DNA of 64,000 nt from positions 202,421-266,420 of IMG/VR virus record IMGVR_UViG_3300021254_000020, one strand, 5' to 3'. Of this stretch, positions 41,497 through 50,954 are shown one piece after another. Under the pieces are notes generated by a model. It saw only the letters and a program-made list of their open reading frames with translations, was not told the DNA's origin and ran no database searches. The DNA comes from a virus. Taxonomy: Duplodnaviria > Caudoviricetes. The position numbers and the translations under genes are program-made. Position 1 is the first letter of the stretch. Each line of letters begins with the position of its first letter.

Positions 41497-41657
41497 GGTA
41501 TTTACCTCCTTTAAGGTACCATTATAAGAGGATCATACTTATTTGACTAACATATGTGCTAATCTTATCCTCTTTTCACCTTAATAATATACAACCATAA
41601 AAACGCACTTTTACAAAATTTAACGTAGGTAGACTCTACGTCTACCTACACTTATTT

Positions 41658-42044
41658 TTATGCTTCTCTATTTAGCCATTCTTCTATAGTATTCCAGTCT
41701 ACTTTCCTATCTATATGATTCTTCTCATCAATATATAGGTCAGCATATACTTTTCGTCCATTATCTCCCCATCTAGCGATAGTAGATTTATGATCATAAT
41801 TTACATAATCTGGATAGAACCCAATTCCTGCTAGTTCATTAACAGCTCTAGATAATGAGTCTCCTGATCTACAAGTCCATAGGATTACGGAGCCTCCTCT
41901 TTTTTGGAAGTTCTTTAGAATACGTATAGCATTCATATCAAAGGTATAAGTTGTTTTAGAAGGATCGTCCTCGTTATTACCAAAGCATATGGTATCATCG
42001 AAATCCACTGCAATAAGATTTAGTTTATACTTCTTTCTAGGCAT
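41658..42044 (-). CDS. HAD-superfamily phosphatase (cap-less)
   Basis: IAVDFDDTI (DxD), ILWTCR, K..ADLYIDEK motifs. Confidence 0.85.
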   Translation of the reverse strand: MPRKKYKLNLIAVDFDDTICFGNNEDDPSKTTYTFDMNAIRILKNFQKRGGSVILWTCRSGDSLSRAVNELAGIGFYPDYVNYDHKSTIARWGDNGRKVYADLYIDEKNHIDRKVDWNTIEEWLNREA

Positions 42045-42089
42045 AGTAGTTCCCTCCTCTTATTATACTCTTTGATATGATGTCAATAA

Positions 42090-42275
42090 TTAATATCCAT
42101 CTTTGGCATTGTATCCATATATTTCTTGCTTCTTAAAGTATAGGTCTAATGATAATCTAATATCATCATCCGTTGGTCCAAGAACATTCCCATATTCAAG
42201 TAGATTTTGGATTTTTTTCATTTTGTAATACACATATTGCTCTAACTCTTCTTTGGTCATTTTCTTTCTATTCAT
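42090..42275 (-). CDS. hypothetical protein
   Basis: Internal ATG (MNRKKMTKEE) with GGAG RBS within track ORF 42090..42428. Confidence 0.6.
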   Translation of the reverse strand: MNRKKMTKEELEQYVYYKMKKIQNLLEYGNVLGPTDDDIRLSLDLYFKKQEIYGYNAKDGY

Positions 42276-42288
42276 ATCATATACTCCT

Positions 42289-42582
42289 TTATACACAAGA
42301 TTCATGGTATGATGCCAACAATCTATTTGGTTGGAGCAAACAATGATCTTCAGAAAAGAAACTGTAGTTATATCTATTATGGAAGCTATATTCTCCATTA
42401 GAGATATAATGGAATCTATTAATGCCACAATATAGATCTAGTATAACTAGTTTCTTTACCGTATTATTATCTAAATAGAACTTTATCTTCTCATTAGTCG
42501 TACGTTTAACAGCCAGAGCGTAAGTATGACCTGTATAAGTACGTATACGCGTATTCTGTATTAGTCTTTTTCTATTATTCAT
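42289..42582 (-). CDS. MNNR-family paralog
   Basis: Starts MNNRKR...TY, like the neighbouring paralogs. Confidence 0.7.
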   Translation of the reverse strand: MNNRKRLIQNTRIRTYTGHTYALAVKRTTNEKIKFYLDNNTVKKLVILDLYCGINRFHYISNGEYSFHNRYNYSFFSEDHCLLQPNRLLASYHESCV

Positions 42583-42659
42583 ATCTATTCCTCATAATAA
42601 AAAAAATAAAGAAGGTTATTCGCCCTCTTATTTAGAATTGATCTATTTTATTATTAACG

Positions 42660-42935
42660 TCAAGATATGTCGATTATACTATATCGAAATTTTTTGTTCA
42701 TCTTTACCCATATAAATTCTAATTTATCTATTTCATCATTATATATTAATTTTTGTTTAGCATTAATCAAGTATTCACCATCACCTGTACTTTCATATGG
42801 AGTCCAATATTTACTTTCTCTTAGTATTAGATCCAATATACCCTTTCTTTCATCTCTCAATGGTCTTCTATATACAACTACATGTTTATATGGGACTATC
42901 ATAGCCTTAATTATATTACGTCCTCTATTATTCAT
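42660..42935 (-). CDS. MNNR-family paralog
   Basis: Starts MNNRGR..KAM..Y. Confidence 0.7.
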   Translation of the reverse strand: MNNRGRNIIKAMIVPYKHVVVYRRPLRDERKGILDLILRESKYWTPYESTGDGEYLINAKQKLIYNDEIDKLEFIWVKMNKKFRYSIIDIS

Positions 42936-42983
42936 ATCTATTCTCCTAAATAAAAATAAAGAGGGTAATTAACCCTCTTTATC

Positions 42984-43322
42984 TTATAATCTTATTCTTG
43001 GTCCATTACTAGTATCAATGAGACCAATAACATCATCTAATGGATAATTTATGTCTTTAAAACTACTATATAGAAATGCTGCAAACATAGAATAGAGTTC
43101 AAGTACTCGTCTAGTTTCTTGAATAGTTATATCTGAATTATACACATAGTGTTTAAAAAGACTATCATAATAGAATGGAGCTACATATCTATCAGATAGC
43201 GAAGCAGTATAAGATATACTCATTATGTTTCGATTATCCATTTTCTTATCTCTATTGATATATACATTACCCATATATGTATCTAACATAGCCTTATATC
43301 TTGTTCTTTGTCTATTATTCAT
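42984..43322 (-). CDS. MNNR-family paralog
   Basis: Internal ATG MNNRQR..KAMLDTY with GAGGG RBS. Confidence 0.7.
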   Translation of the reverse strand: MNNRQRTRYKAMLDTYMGNVYINRDKKMDNRNIMSISYTASLSDRYVAPFYYDSLFKHYVYNSDITIQETRRVLELYSMFAAFLYSSFKDINYPLDDVIGLIDTSNGPRIRL

Positions 43323-43351
43323 ATTAATCCCTCTTATCAAGCAGTTATTGC

Positions 43352-43744
43352 TCAATCATATGCCCCATAGAATGAGTTCTCTCGGATTAATCTCATATGA
43401 CGTTCAAATGGAGTTTCTCCTTTTGAGAATGGTCTATCATCATATTCATTGGTAACCTTATCCAAGTTCTCTTTCATCCTAAAGGACATTTTTTCCATTT
43501 CTATACGGTGTTGTTTTTCTCTATTCCAAAGATTCATTATTTGAATATAGCTTCCTCTAGCAGCATTATAATAAAATGGAACAGGAGTTAAACTATCATT
43601 TCTAACCGCTAATCTAATACATTGATTGATTTGATCTTTCTCCATAGGAACCAGTACTCCAGTTATCAGATCTGTAGTCCATACCTTACCTTCTACATAT
43701 GTAGATAACATAGCCTTTCTTAGATTTCTTTGTCTATTATTCAT
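43352..43744 (-). CDS. MNNR-family paralog
   Basis: Internal ATG MNNRQRNLRKAMLSTYVEGK; C-terminal GETP..R..RLIRENS.YG. Confidence 0.75.
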   Translation of the reverse strand: MNNRQRNLRKAMLSTYVEGKVWTTDLITGVLVPMEKDQINQCIRLAVRNDSLTPVPFYYNAARGSYIQIMNLWNREKQHRIEMEKMSFRMKENLDKVTNEYDDRPFSKGETPFERHMRLIRENSFYGAYD

Positions 43745-43745
43745 A

Positions 43746-44132
43746 TTAACTCCTCTTATCAAGCAGTTCTTGCTCAGTAACACCATCTACTCCATACAGT
43801 GAGTTCTCTCTGATTAATCTAAGTCTTCGTTGCAATGGGGTTTCTCCTGTTGCTGGTGTTCCGGCCGTTTTATGGGCATACCAAGATATTTGTTCTAACG
43901 TAATTCTATTGCTTTTATTACATGCATCCATTTCGAATATATATTGTTTTCTTCCACTATTGTAATAAAATGGTGCACTTTCGTAATTCGTGAGACATAG
44001 GTTTATGTGATAAAGAATATAACATCTCTTCATAGGAACCAGGTTAGTAAATAGGGATTCTTTTCTAAGTACTTTCCCTTCTACATATGTAGATAGCATA
44101 GCCTTTCTTAGAGTTCTTTTTCTATTATTCAT
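43746..44132 (-). CDS. MNNR-family paralog
   Basis: MNNRKRTLRKAMLSTYVEGK; GETP..R..RLIRENS.YG. Confidence 0.75.
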   Translation of the reverse strand: MNNRKRTLRKAMLSTYVEGKVLRKESLFTNLVPMKRCYILYHINLCLTNYESAPFYYNSGRKQYIFEMDACNKSNRITLEQISWYAHKTAGTPATGETPLQRRLRLIRENSLYGVDGVTEQELLDKRS

Positions 44133-44136
44133 ATTA

Positions 44137-44655
44137 TCACCTACTCAATATTGCTTTATAGTTATTTAGTAAGAATACCTCTAAATAATCACATGACGTA
44201 TTTACCATACGAGTATCTACTGTTTGGTTGCAATACTTTTTAATTAGCTTGTTATATTCTATATAGATATTTCTATTAGTATAGATACTATCAAACACAT
44301 TTTCAAAAGATATAATATCTTGATGTAAGAAGTAATCATAATGAGCCGCTTCCTGAGATTCATATAATAAGTGTCTTTTTATGCTCTTCTTAATCTGTTC
44401 TTCCTTATACTGAGCTATTTCTTTATACTGTACCATAAATGGTACTAGATTGATTATTATCTCTCCATGTCTACCGTATATACTTCTAGCTTCTTCAGAC
44501 ATGTATAGTTTGGTCATACTATATTGAGTATCTGGCATGACTCCATGACAATCATATACACATGTGATTATCCAATTCTCATTGTTTAATTTCAACTCCT
44601 TAATACAATCACTCACCCATGTCTTAATAATATTTTTGATTTGATAGTCGGTCAT
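44137..44655 (-). CDS. hypothetical protein
   Basis: 172-aa ORF, AGGAGG RBS, early motif at 44681-44689. Confidence 0.75.
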   Translation of the reverse strand: MTDYQIKNIIKTWVSDCIKELKLNNENWIITCVYDCHGVMPDTQYSMTKLYMSEEARSIYGRHGEIIINLVPFMVQYKEIAQYKEEQIKKSIKRHLLYESQEAAHYDYFLHQDIISFENVFDSIYTNRNIYIEYNKLIKKYCNQTVDTRMVNTSCDYLEVFLLNNYKAILSR

Positions 44656-44742
44656 AACTATCTACCTCCTTCTTCATCTATATAATATATTATTCAAATG
44701 ATAATTGGGGTAGTCTATTTGACTACCCCCTATATATTCTTT

Positions 44743-46542
44743 TTAGAACGTTATTAGTCTTGGATCATACTTAGGAAGTCTCATATTAATATATTCAACT
44801 CTTCTCCCTTGATGACGTTGATACTTATCCATCTCTATTGCTTTTATCATCTCATCTCGTATTTTGTCTTGAGGGAGATATTCACAATAGGCTCCACTAC
44901 TACTAATCCCTACGCATGATACATTATGAGCAATACACCAATCAATTACTTTACTAATAGGCTCATTCATATAATAAGTTGGATTGTTTAGATATATGAA
45001 TACTCTATTAAGAGGATATCCATTCTTTCTCTCACTCATATGATATATAAATCTATTTAGTGATTGATAAGTAATAGCCATATTACGATAATCATATCTT
45101 ATAGGGACCTGGAATAGATTATTATCTTTGATCTTATAATTCTTAGCTAGATTATAGATATCAAAGTCACTTCTATATTGACCACCATATACAATATCTA
45201 AATCTATTTTTCTATAATATCTATCCAATAGAGTTACTAAGCTACTCTTTAATACGAATGGTTCATACATCCATATCGGTGATACTAGTATAGCAACTCT
45301 AGCCTTTGGTAATGGATGTGGATTAGGAACTGTTTTCTCTTCCTCTTTCTCTCCTTGTACGTTTATGGTACTATCCACAAATACACTCTTAGGAGTTCCT
45401 ACTATAATACTAGCTCGTAGTATCTCACTCCAAAACCATTGTAATGGATTCTCTTTAACTTTAATAGTAGCATCAAAATCATGATTAGTACTAGTAGCTA
45501 CATTTACACAAGCATTGAACTCTCTTCTAGTATATACACTCTCCATATTAGTAGTACAATCAATATCCGCATGGATTGTAGGTAATAGTACACAACTACC
45601 ATTTAGTACATCAAAATCTACATTATCCTTCTCTATTGTGATAGTACCTTCCATTTTAATCTCACCAAAGTAGTTATGGTCATCAACCATAATTGTACAT
45701 GGTATATTTACCTTAGAAGATGGCGGTACCTCTATTCTAGCCGTTAAACATTGGCATAGACATCTTCTCTTTACTAATAATCTACACGGTACATCCTTTG
45801 CTCTATATTGATTATATATCTTACACTTACCTTCTAGCAAAGTAATCTCTTCATCATCCTTCTCATAAGTGAGATTACCCATTATATTTTCATAAGCTTC
45901 TTCCTTATTTATATTAAGCTTACCAAATATATCATACTTTCCTTCTTCTTTTTCATATAATAGATTACCATCTAAATAGTGTTCTAGTATTCCCGGTCCT
46001 TCATAAGTCAATTTACCTTTTATTGATTTAGATACATCTATACCATCTATGGATACATGTCCATCAATATCTACTTGTCTTATTCCCTGTTCATAAGATA
46101 TCTTTCCTCGAATAGCTTTATCTAATCTTTCTTCATCAATCCATAAACTACCATTGATATCTTTCTCTAAACATGGAATATAGTATATATGGCCACTAAT
46201 AAGATCATTATTAGATTCACTTTTAACGTATTCTACTTTACCTTTTAGAATATCATTCTTATAGAAACTATATTCTATATTTGTTCTACCATCTACTTCT
46301 ATTCTACAATCATCATCTATCCATATCTTATCTATCTCTATTGTGCATGGAAATCCATAATCTACTATCCCTGTTTTCTTTAACTCTACTTTACCATCTA
46401 TATCCTCTTTTACCTCTATGGGATCTATTGTCATACTACCCCATATATAACTAATTATTTTAATACCATAATTAGTTTTTACACTAATGCTTGATGGTAT
46501 TGAATAACTATATCTTCTAGTGATTTCTTCTTCACCATTCAT
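44743..46542 (-). CDS. late protein with beta-strand repeats (probable virion protein)
   Basis: ~17-aa repeats of I/L-x-G-x-I/L-x-Y/V; CACA-N6-TAAT motif at 46567-46580; terminator hairpin at 44706-44730. Confidence 0.65.
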   Translation of the reverse strand: MNGEEEITRRYSYSIPSSISVKTNYGIKIISYIWGSMTIDPIEVKEDIDGKVELKKTGIVDYGFPCTIEIDKIWIDDDCRIEVDGRTNIEYSFYKNDILKGKVEYVKSESNNDLISGHIYYIPCLEKDINGSLWIDEERLDKAIRGKISYEQGIRQVDIDGHVSIDGIDVSKSIKGKLTYEGPGILEHYLDGNLLYEKEEGKYDIFGKLNINKEEAYENIMGNLTYEKDDEEITLLEGKCKIYNQYRAKDVPCRLLVKRRCLCQCLTARIEVPPSSKVNIPCTIMVDDHNYFGEIKMEGTITIEKDNVDFDVLNGSCVLLPTIHADIDCTTNMESVYTRREFNACVNVATSTNHDFDATIKVKENPLQWFWSEILRASIIVGTPKSVFVDSTINVQGEKEEEKTVPNPHPLPKARVAILVSPIWMYEPFVLKSSLVTLLDRYYRKIDLDIVYGGQYRSDFDIYNLAKNYKIKDNNLFQVPIRYDYRNMAITYQSLNRFIYHMSERKNGYPLNRVFIYLNNPTYYMNEPISKVIDWCIAHNVSCVGISSSGAYCEYLPQDKIRDEMIKAIEMDKYQRHQGRRVEYINMRLPKYDPRLITF

Positions 46543-46596
46543 AGAATACTCACTCCTTTATGTTATATTAATAATATGTGAAAGAATGGTAATTTT

Positions 46597-46990
46597 GGTT
46601 ATTATAGTCGTTTACTGGAAGATTCTGGAACGTAGTGACAGAATATCAAAAACGACTATATGCTTCGAAGAAGCATAATACCGAACGAAGTGAGGTGTCT
46701 GAGCGAAGCGAAGTGACCGAGTGAAACGAGGTCTATAGATAGGTCATAATTTATCTTTAATGACCTATCACACTAAATACCCGATTTAGAGGGTAAAAAA
46801 GTGATAGCTGTATAGTAACGATGTCGATTGATATGAACGATAACCTGACTTGACCTGAGTTACTATATAACTTTATTTTCTTTATTATTATATTACCTGA
46901 CTAACCTAACTTGAACTATCTTACTTACTAAGTGACTACCGAATGGATTTCTACTAGGCTATGAGGATTCCGTAGCGGAATGATCTGACT
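46597..46990. other. candidate replication origin / ssDNA-structure element
   Basis: Nested stems with five GNA-triloop hairpins (four with tandem GA/GA mismatches), followed by WRACCTRACT-like direct repeats in an ORF-free region. Confidence 0.45.
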
Positions 46991-47204
46991 ATACTCAGTC
47001 TATTTTTCTATTACTAAGCTTTTACAGATTATTATACATTACTATTGGTAGACTGAGAGACAGATCCTGACATGATGAAACTCATAGCAGGAATGAGGTA
47101 GGAACTAAACAGTGAAATATCAATCTTTTTTACTATACTATATAATTGACAGTTTCAAGTTTGTTCAAAAAATAAAAATGGGCCCGAGAGCCCATTTTTA
47201 TTCC

Positions 47205-47906
47205 TCACCATCCCTCCCAGCCTAAAGTTTTCATGTCTATACTAGACAATCCATATTTATGTTTGTATTCTACCTCGCATCTTCTAGAACAGAAATGTAC
47301 CTTTCTATCATTCCGTTCAACTACTTTATCACTATCTATGTATTTCCCATTAAGCTTTCTTCTCTTAGCATGAAGAATATGAAGCTTCCCACAGTTAGAA
47401 CACCATCCAGTAGTAGTAGAATATGGACTCAACTCCACATGAGCATGGATACCATCAGGTCCGAATATAATCATATATGGACACAATCTGGCCAACTGAA
47501 TCAGTAACCCTATTTCTGGATTTATATTAACCTGATTCTCTGCCCATATTTTGTAATCCTTTTCAGATAGAACAACTAATCTCTCGTACCCGTCTGGTCC
47601 AACAAATAAAGGTATCTCGTTTGCCAATGGATCTCTATTGAACGCTCTTCTAAACGCTCTAATAACATCGTCATTTTTATAACTGTACTCATCATCCATT
47701 TTTACAGAGAGGTAGGAGTCTCTAGGACAATCGTTTAATATCCTATAGTTTTCATCTTGAACCATAGGTTCTGCTATACATCCTATAGCTCTAGTATAAG
47801 GGTCTAATATATATTGACCATCAAAATTTATGCACTCTCTCATTACGTCAAGAGAGTACTTCTCTTTAAGATATCTTACTGGAACTCTGGTTACTATTTG
47901 CATCAT
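47205..47906 (-). CDS. Zn-finger (TRASH/MYM-like) protein
   Basis: CSNCGK...HFCSRRC; shares IHAHV with 47909. Confidence 0.7.
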   Translation of the reverse strand: MMQIVTRVPVRYLKEKYSLDVMRECINFDGQYILDPYTRAIGCIAEPMVQDENYRILNDCPRDSYLSVKMDDEYSYKNDDVIRAFRRAFNRDPLANEIPLFVGPDGYERLVVLSEKDYKIWAENQVNINPEIGLLIQLARLCPYMIIFGPDGIHAHVELSPYSTTTGWCSNCGKLHILHAKRRKLNGKYIDSDKVVERNDRKVHFCSRRCEVEYKHKYGLSSIDMKTLGWEGW

Positions 47907-47908
47907 TA

Positions 47909-48388
47909 TTATCTTCTCCTTATTCTACGTTCAAACTCTTCTTTGCATATATGATTACAGAAATGAAGATTTCCTAATCTATATACGTAATATAATCCTG
48001 ATCCTACAATTATGGGAGTATTACATATAGGACAGTTTACTGTTTTCTTCTCATCTATGGTTATTACATGAGCATGGATATTATCATCATTGAATACAAT
48101 ATCGAATGGAGTTGTCCTATAAAACTCCGTAATATCAATGGTATAATCGAATAGTACATACAACTTGTTTATTTGATATACGTCGTGTACTGATAATATA
48201 GCTAGTCTATTCTCGACTCCATTCACAATCAATATAGGAACTTCCCCGTTTTCTACAATGGGAGGATATCCAACTAATCTAGTATATTTAGAAACAAGAG
48301 CGTTTAGGCTTACTAGTTTCATATCGTTTGATAAATCTGTACTAGGATTAGTGATAATAATAGGATCTCCCCGATTTTCTACAATCAT
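47909..48388 (-). CDS. Zn-finger (TRASH/MYM-like) protein, paralog of 47205
   Basis: IHAHV...CPICNT...HFCNHIC; early motif at 48489-48497. Confidence 0.7.
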   Translation of the reverse strand: MIVENRGDPIIITNPSTDLSNDMKLVSLNALVSKYTRLVGYPPIVENGEVPILIVNGVENRLAILSVHDVYQINKLYVLFDYTIDITEFYRTTPFDIVFNDDNIHAHVITIDEKKTVNCPICNTPIIVGSGLYYVYRLGNLHFCNHICKEEFERRIRRR

Positions 48389-48520
48389 TAATCTTCATCT
48401 CCTGATTAAAAAAGTTTATTGATTTGATATAGCTTTAAGATGATGGACTACTCCTAAATGGAGTAGTCCTATTCACCCTATTCATTATTATAGTATATAT
48501 TCATTTTTGATATTGTCTAA

Positions 48521-48534
48521 GACAGTCCTATAAT
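48521..48534 (+). promoter_or_regulatory. late-type promoter motif GACA-N6-TAAT
   Basis: GACAgtcctaTAAT upstream of 48562 and the repeat array. Confidence 0.65.
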
Positions 48535-48561
48535 TATTATAGGGTATAAGGAGGAATTAGA

Positions 48562-49416
48562 ATGAAATCTATCAATCTTATATGGGTACCAAATATAAAG
48601 GAGATCACTAGTGATAATATTCCTATATATAGAGGTAATGGAGATCACATAGTAAAGATTATAGAGAAGATAAAAGAGAATTGTCAAAAAGATGAATTAG
48701 ATATACCTCTCTATATGGATGAGTATTCTAAAGAGAATAATCGTGTATCTCTTCTTCTTACAATATCAGATTATCTGAATGAAGAAGATAATGATGCTGA
48801 GGTGACTCAATACTTTGTTCTTCCTTATGGTCAGATTACCAAGATAAAAGACTTTGATAAGTTATCTAAATCTGTACAAACACTATGTGATAACTATTTG
48901 GAATCACTTACTAAGGATATTGATTCTACTAAGTCGATACTTTCTAAGGATGAGGCTAAGCTTAGTACATTAGACCCCAATCCTGATATTGATCTAGATA
49001 AGAAGCTTTGCTTACTTACAGAGATTGGATTCTGCTATGCTGCTATACAATCATATATGAATGATCATGAAGAAGAGATCCAGGATAGTTTTAATGATGC
49101 TATTAAAGAGTCTAGAGAAGAGGCTATTGAGGAAGAAGAAATTAAAACTGAGCTAGATATGATCAACTCTTCTATTAAGAGTATTCTAAAGGATAAAAAG
49201 GAATTTGAAAATGAAGAGTTTGTTCGTTGTATTTATAATCAACACGAAATCTCTCAGATTGATATGATAGAAGAACTCTCTTCTCATTACGTTCCTGAAT
49301 ATATGCCTAAGATTAAGAATATCAATGATACTCTAAATGATGAATATGAGATAGAAACTACTCATCTTATTATCACCAGAGATATTGGTGGTGGATTACG
49401 GTTAAAACGAAAGTGA
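48562..49416 (+). CDS. acidic hypothetical protein
   Basis: 284 aa, AGGAGG RBS; its stop codon overlaps the first array motif. Confidence 0.8.
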   Translation: MKSINLIWVPNIKEITSDNIPIYRGNGDHIVKIIEKIKENCQKDELDIPLYMDEYSKENNRVSLLLTISDYLNEEDNDAEVTQYFVLPYGQITKIKDFDKLSKSVQTLCDNYLESLTKDIDSTKSILSKDEAKLSTLDPNPDIDLDKKLCLLTEIGFCYAAIQSYMNDHEEEIQDSFNDAIKESREEAIEEEEIKTELDMINSSIKSILKDKKEFENEEFVRCIYNQHEISQIDMIEELSSHYVPEYMPKIKNINDTLNDEYEIETTHLIITRDIGGGLRLKRK

Positions 49417-50280
49417 TAATCACTATTAGCTATTAACCAATATAGCGGATAAAGTGGACTGTTCAGATTTATATCTATAAAAAATACAATGGACTAAAGG
49501 ACTGAAATTCTATATCAAAGGACAAATGTAACTATCAAAAAGTAGTTCAATGAAAAAGTGGAATGAAACTGCCAAGGAGTATACCAATACATTTTGTCTA
49601 ATGCAGAATAATTAAACGAATCCAATTTAGTGAGTGAATGCATTATTATAGGTTTTATCCAATTATGCATATTAATGAAAATGATGCTTTAGAAACCAAT
49701 TACAAGATGAAATGAACTACCACCATATATGATCAATGCGAGAACAGAGTGAGCTTAAGCCTATTAAACCAATAGTGCGTTGAAAAACGGATTATATTTT
49801 GTAATATCAATAATTCGATATAATGGACTGATATTCTATACTATCAATGAGTCGATAAAATGAATTATAATGAATAATTATCAATAGGAGCAAAAATGTA
49901 ATAAAAAAGTATATGGTCAATAATATAGTTTATTGGACTAATGCTGCAAAACCAATAAGCATGAAAATGATTATTTATTTTTTACCACATAGCAATATCC
50001 CAATTAGTGAGAAAAGTGAACTAATGTAATTGAACAAAATTGAAGGAGAGAAATGTAATAAAATCCTACAAACCAATATAACCATGCAATGAAATGCAAA
50101 TTAGTATAACCAATGATGAAAGTGATTGAATGGAATATAATAGAATTCAATAAAAAGGATAACTGGATTAGTATATTTATTTACAATACATGACCAAACT
50201 GAACTGAATATAATGAAATCAATAGACACACTCAATGAAATAGAATTATGTAAGACCAATATATAAAATAACTGAATATT
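49408..50280 (+). ncRNA. TIGR-like dual-spacer guide-RNA array (~22 units of ~37 nt)
   Basis: YCAAT-type anchors at 49437, 49474, 49509, 49547, 49584, 49622, 49659, 49696, 49733, 49769, 49807, 49844, 49881, 49917, 49952, 50000, 50036, 50073, 50110, 50147, 50183, 50219, 50256. Each is followed by ~9 variable nt, an nAATGRAHT motif and another ~9 variable nt. No credible ORF. Confidence 0.75.
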
Positions 50281-50294
50281 AGGAGGTAATCGAT

Positions 50295-50936
50295 TTGTTT
50301 GACAAATCTTCAAAATACTGGTTCTGGAAATTTCGTAAACGTATTAGAGATAGAGAAAAAGTAGATCCTAACTTTAAATCTCCGTTAATTAAAGAACCAG
50401 ATGGGCCTAAAGCCATATGTCCGAAATGTGGACGTATTTTCGCTACTAGAGAGATACATGGTCAAAGAACTAAATTCTGCTCCAAAGAATGCTATTACCA
50501 ATACCTACGTGACCTCTCTTCTAATAATCCATTAGAGAGACAAGCTAATGGTAGGAATAAACTACATCCAGACAGAATACGTATGCAGAAGTTATTAGGA
50601 AGACTCTTAAATCAAGATGAGATGGTATATCGCATTGGAGATATGCCGAATGATATACGAGTCATGACTAGACAAGATATCGGTAAGCTAACTAATAATA
50701 AGAACAATCGGTTTAAACTTGTAGAAGATGGAAACTATATGGCTCATGTAGTAGATAATGAAGCTAGTAAGATGAAACGAATCTGTCCTTGTTGTGGATG
50801 TGAGTTTACTAAGAAAAGTCCTACCCAAGTTTTCTGTTCTAAAAGTTGTGCTTCTCATGTTAAGGTACATAAGAAGAAGGAAGATGTAGTTCAGCTCAAG
50901 CAAGTAGCTTACTATGTTGATAGAGATAAACGATAG
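50295..50936 (+). CDS. Zn-finger protein with degenerate HNH-like domain
   Basis: Two CxxC...FCSxxC fingers flank HPDRIRMQKLLGRLLNQDEMVYRIGD, which aligns by eye with HNH HRxxMExxLGRxLxxxEVVHHIDG but lacks the His residues; TTG start with AGGAGG at 50281. Confidence 0.7.
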   Translation: MFDKSSKYWFWKFRKRIRDREKVDPNFKSPLIKEPDGPKAICPKCGRIFATREIHGQRTKFCSKECYYQYLRDLSSNNPLERQANGRNKLHPDRIRMQKLLGRLLNQDEMVYRIGDMPNDIRVMTRQDIGKLTNNKNNRFKLVEDGNYMAHVVDNEASKMKRICPCCGCEFTKKSPTQVFCSKSCASHVKVHKKKEDVVQLKQVAYYVDRDKR

Positions 50937-50954
50937 GATAGTTATATACTATAG

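Noticed and set aside
44137-44655. Second HEXXH metallopeptidase
   Set aside because: Only a vague resemblance to 14545 (RHLLYESQE); the His ligands are absent.
46597-46770. tRNA or other cloverleaf RNA gene
   Set aside because: No T-loop GTTC, D-loop or acceptor-stem signature; GNA triloops with GA mismatches fit DNA hairpins better.
49408-50280. CRISPR array
   Set aside because: No 23-47-nt conserved repeat; only 5-9-nt degenerate motifs with ~9-nt variable segments, and no cas genes in the window.
50101-50313. 70-aa minus-strand ORF over the array
   Set aside because: No RBS, antisense to the operon, and its composition simply reflects the array.
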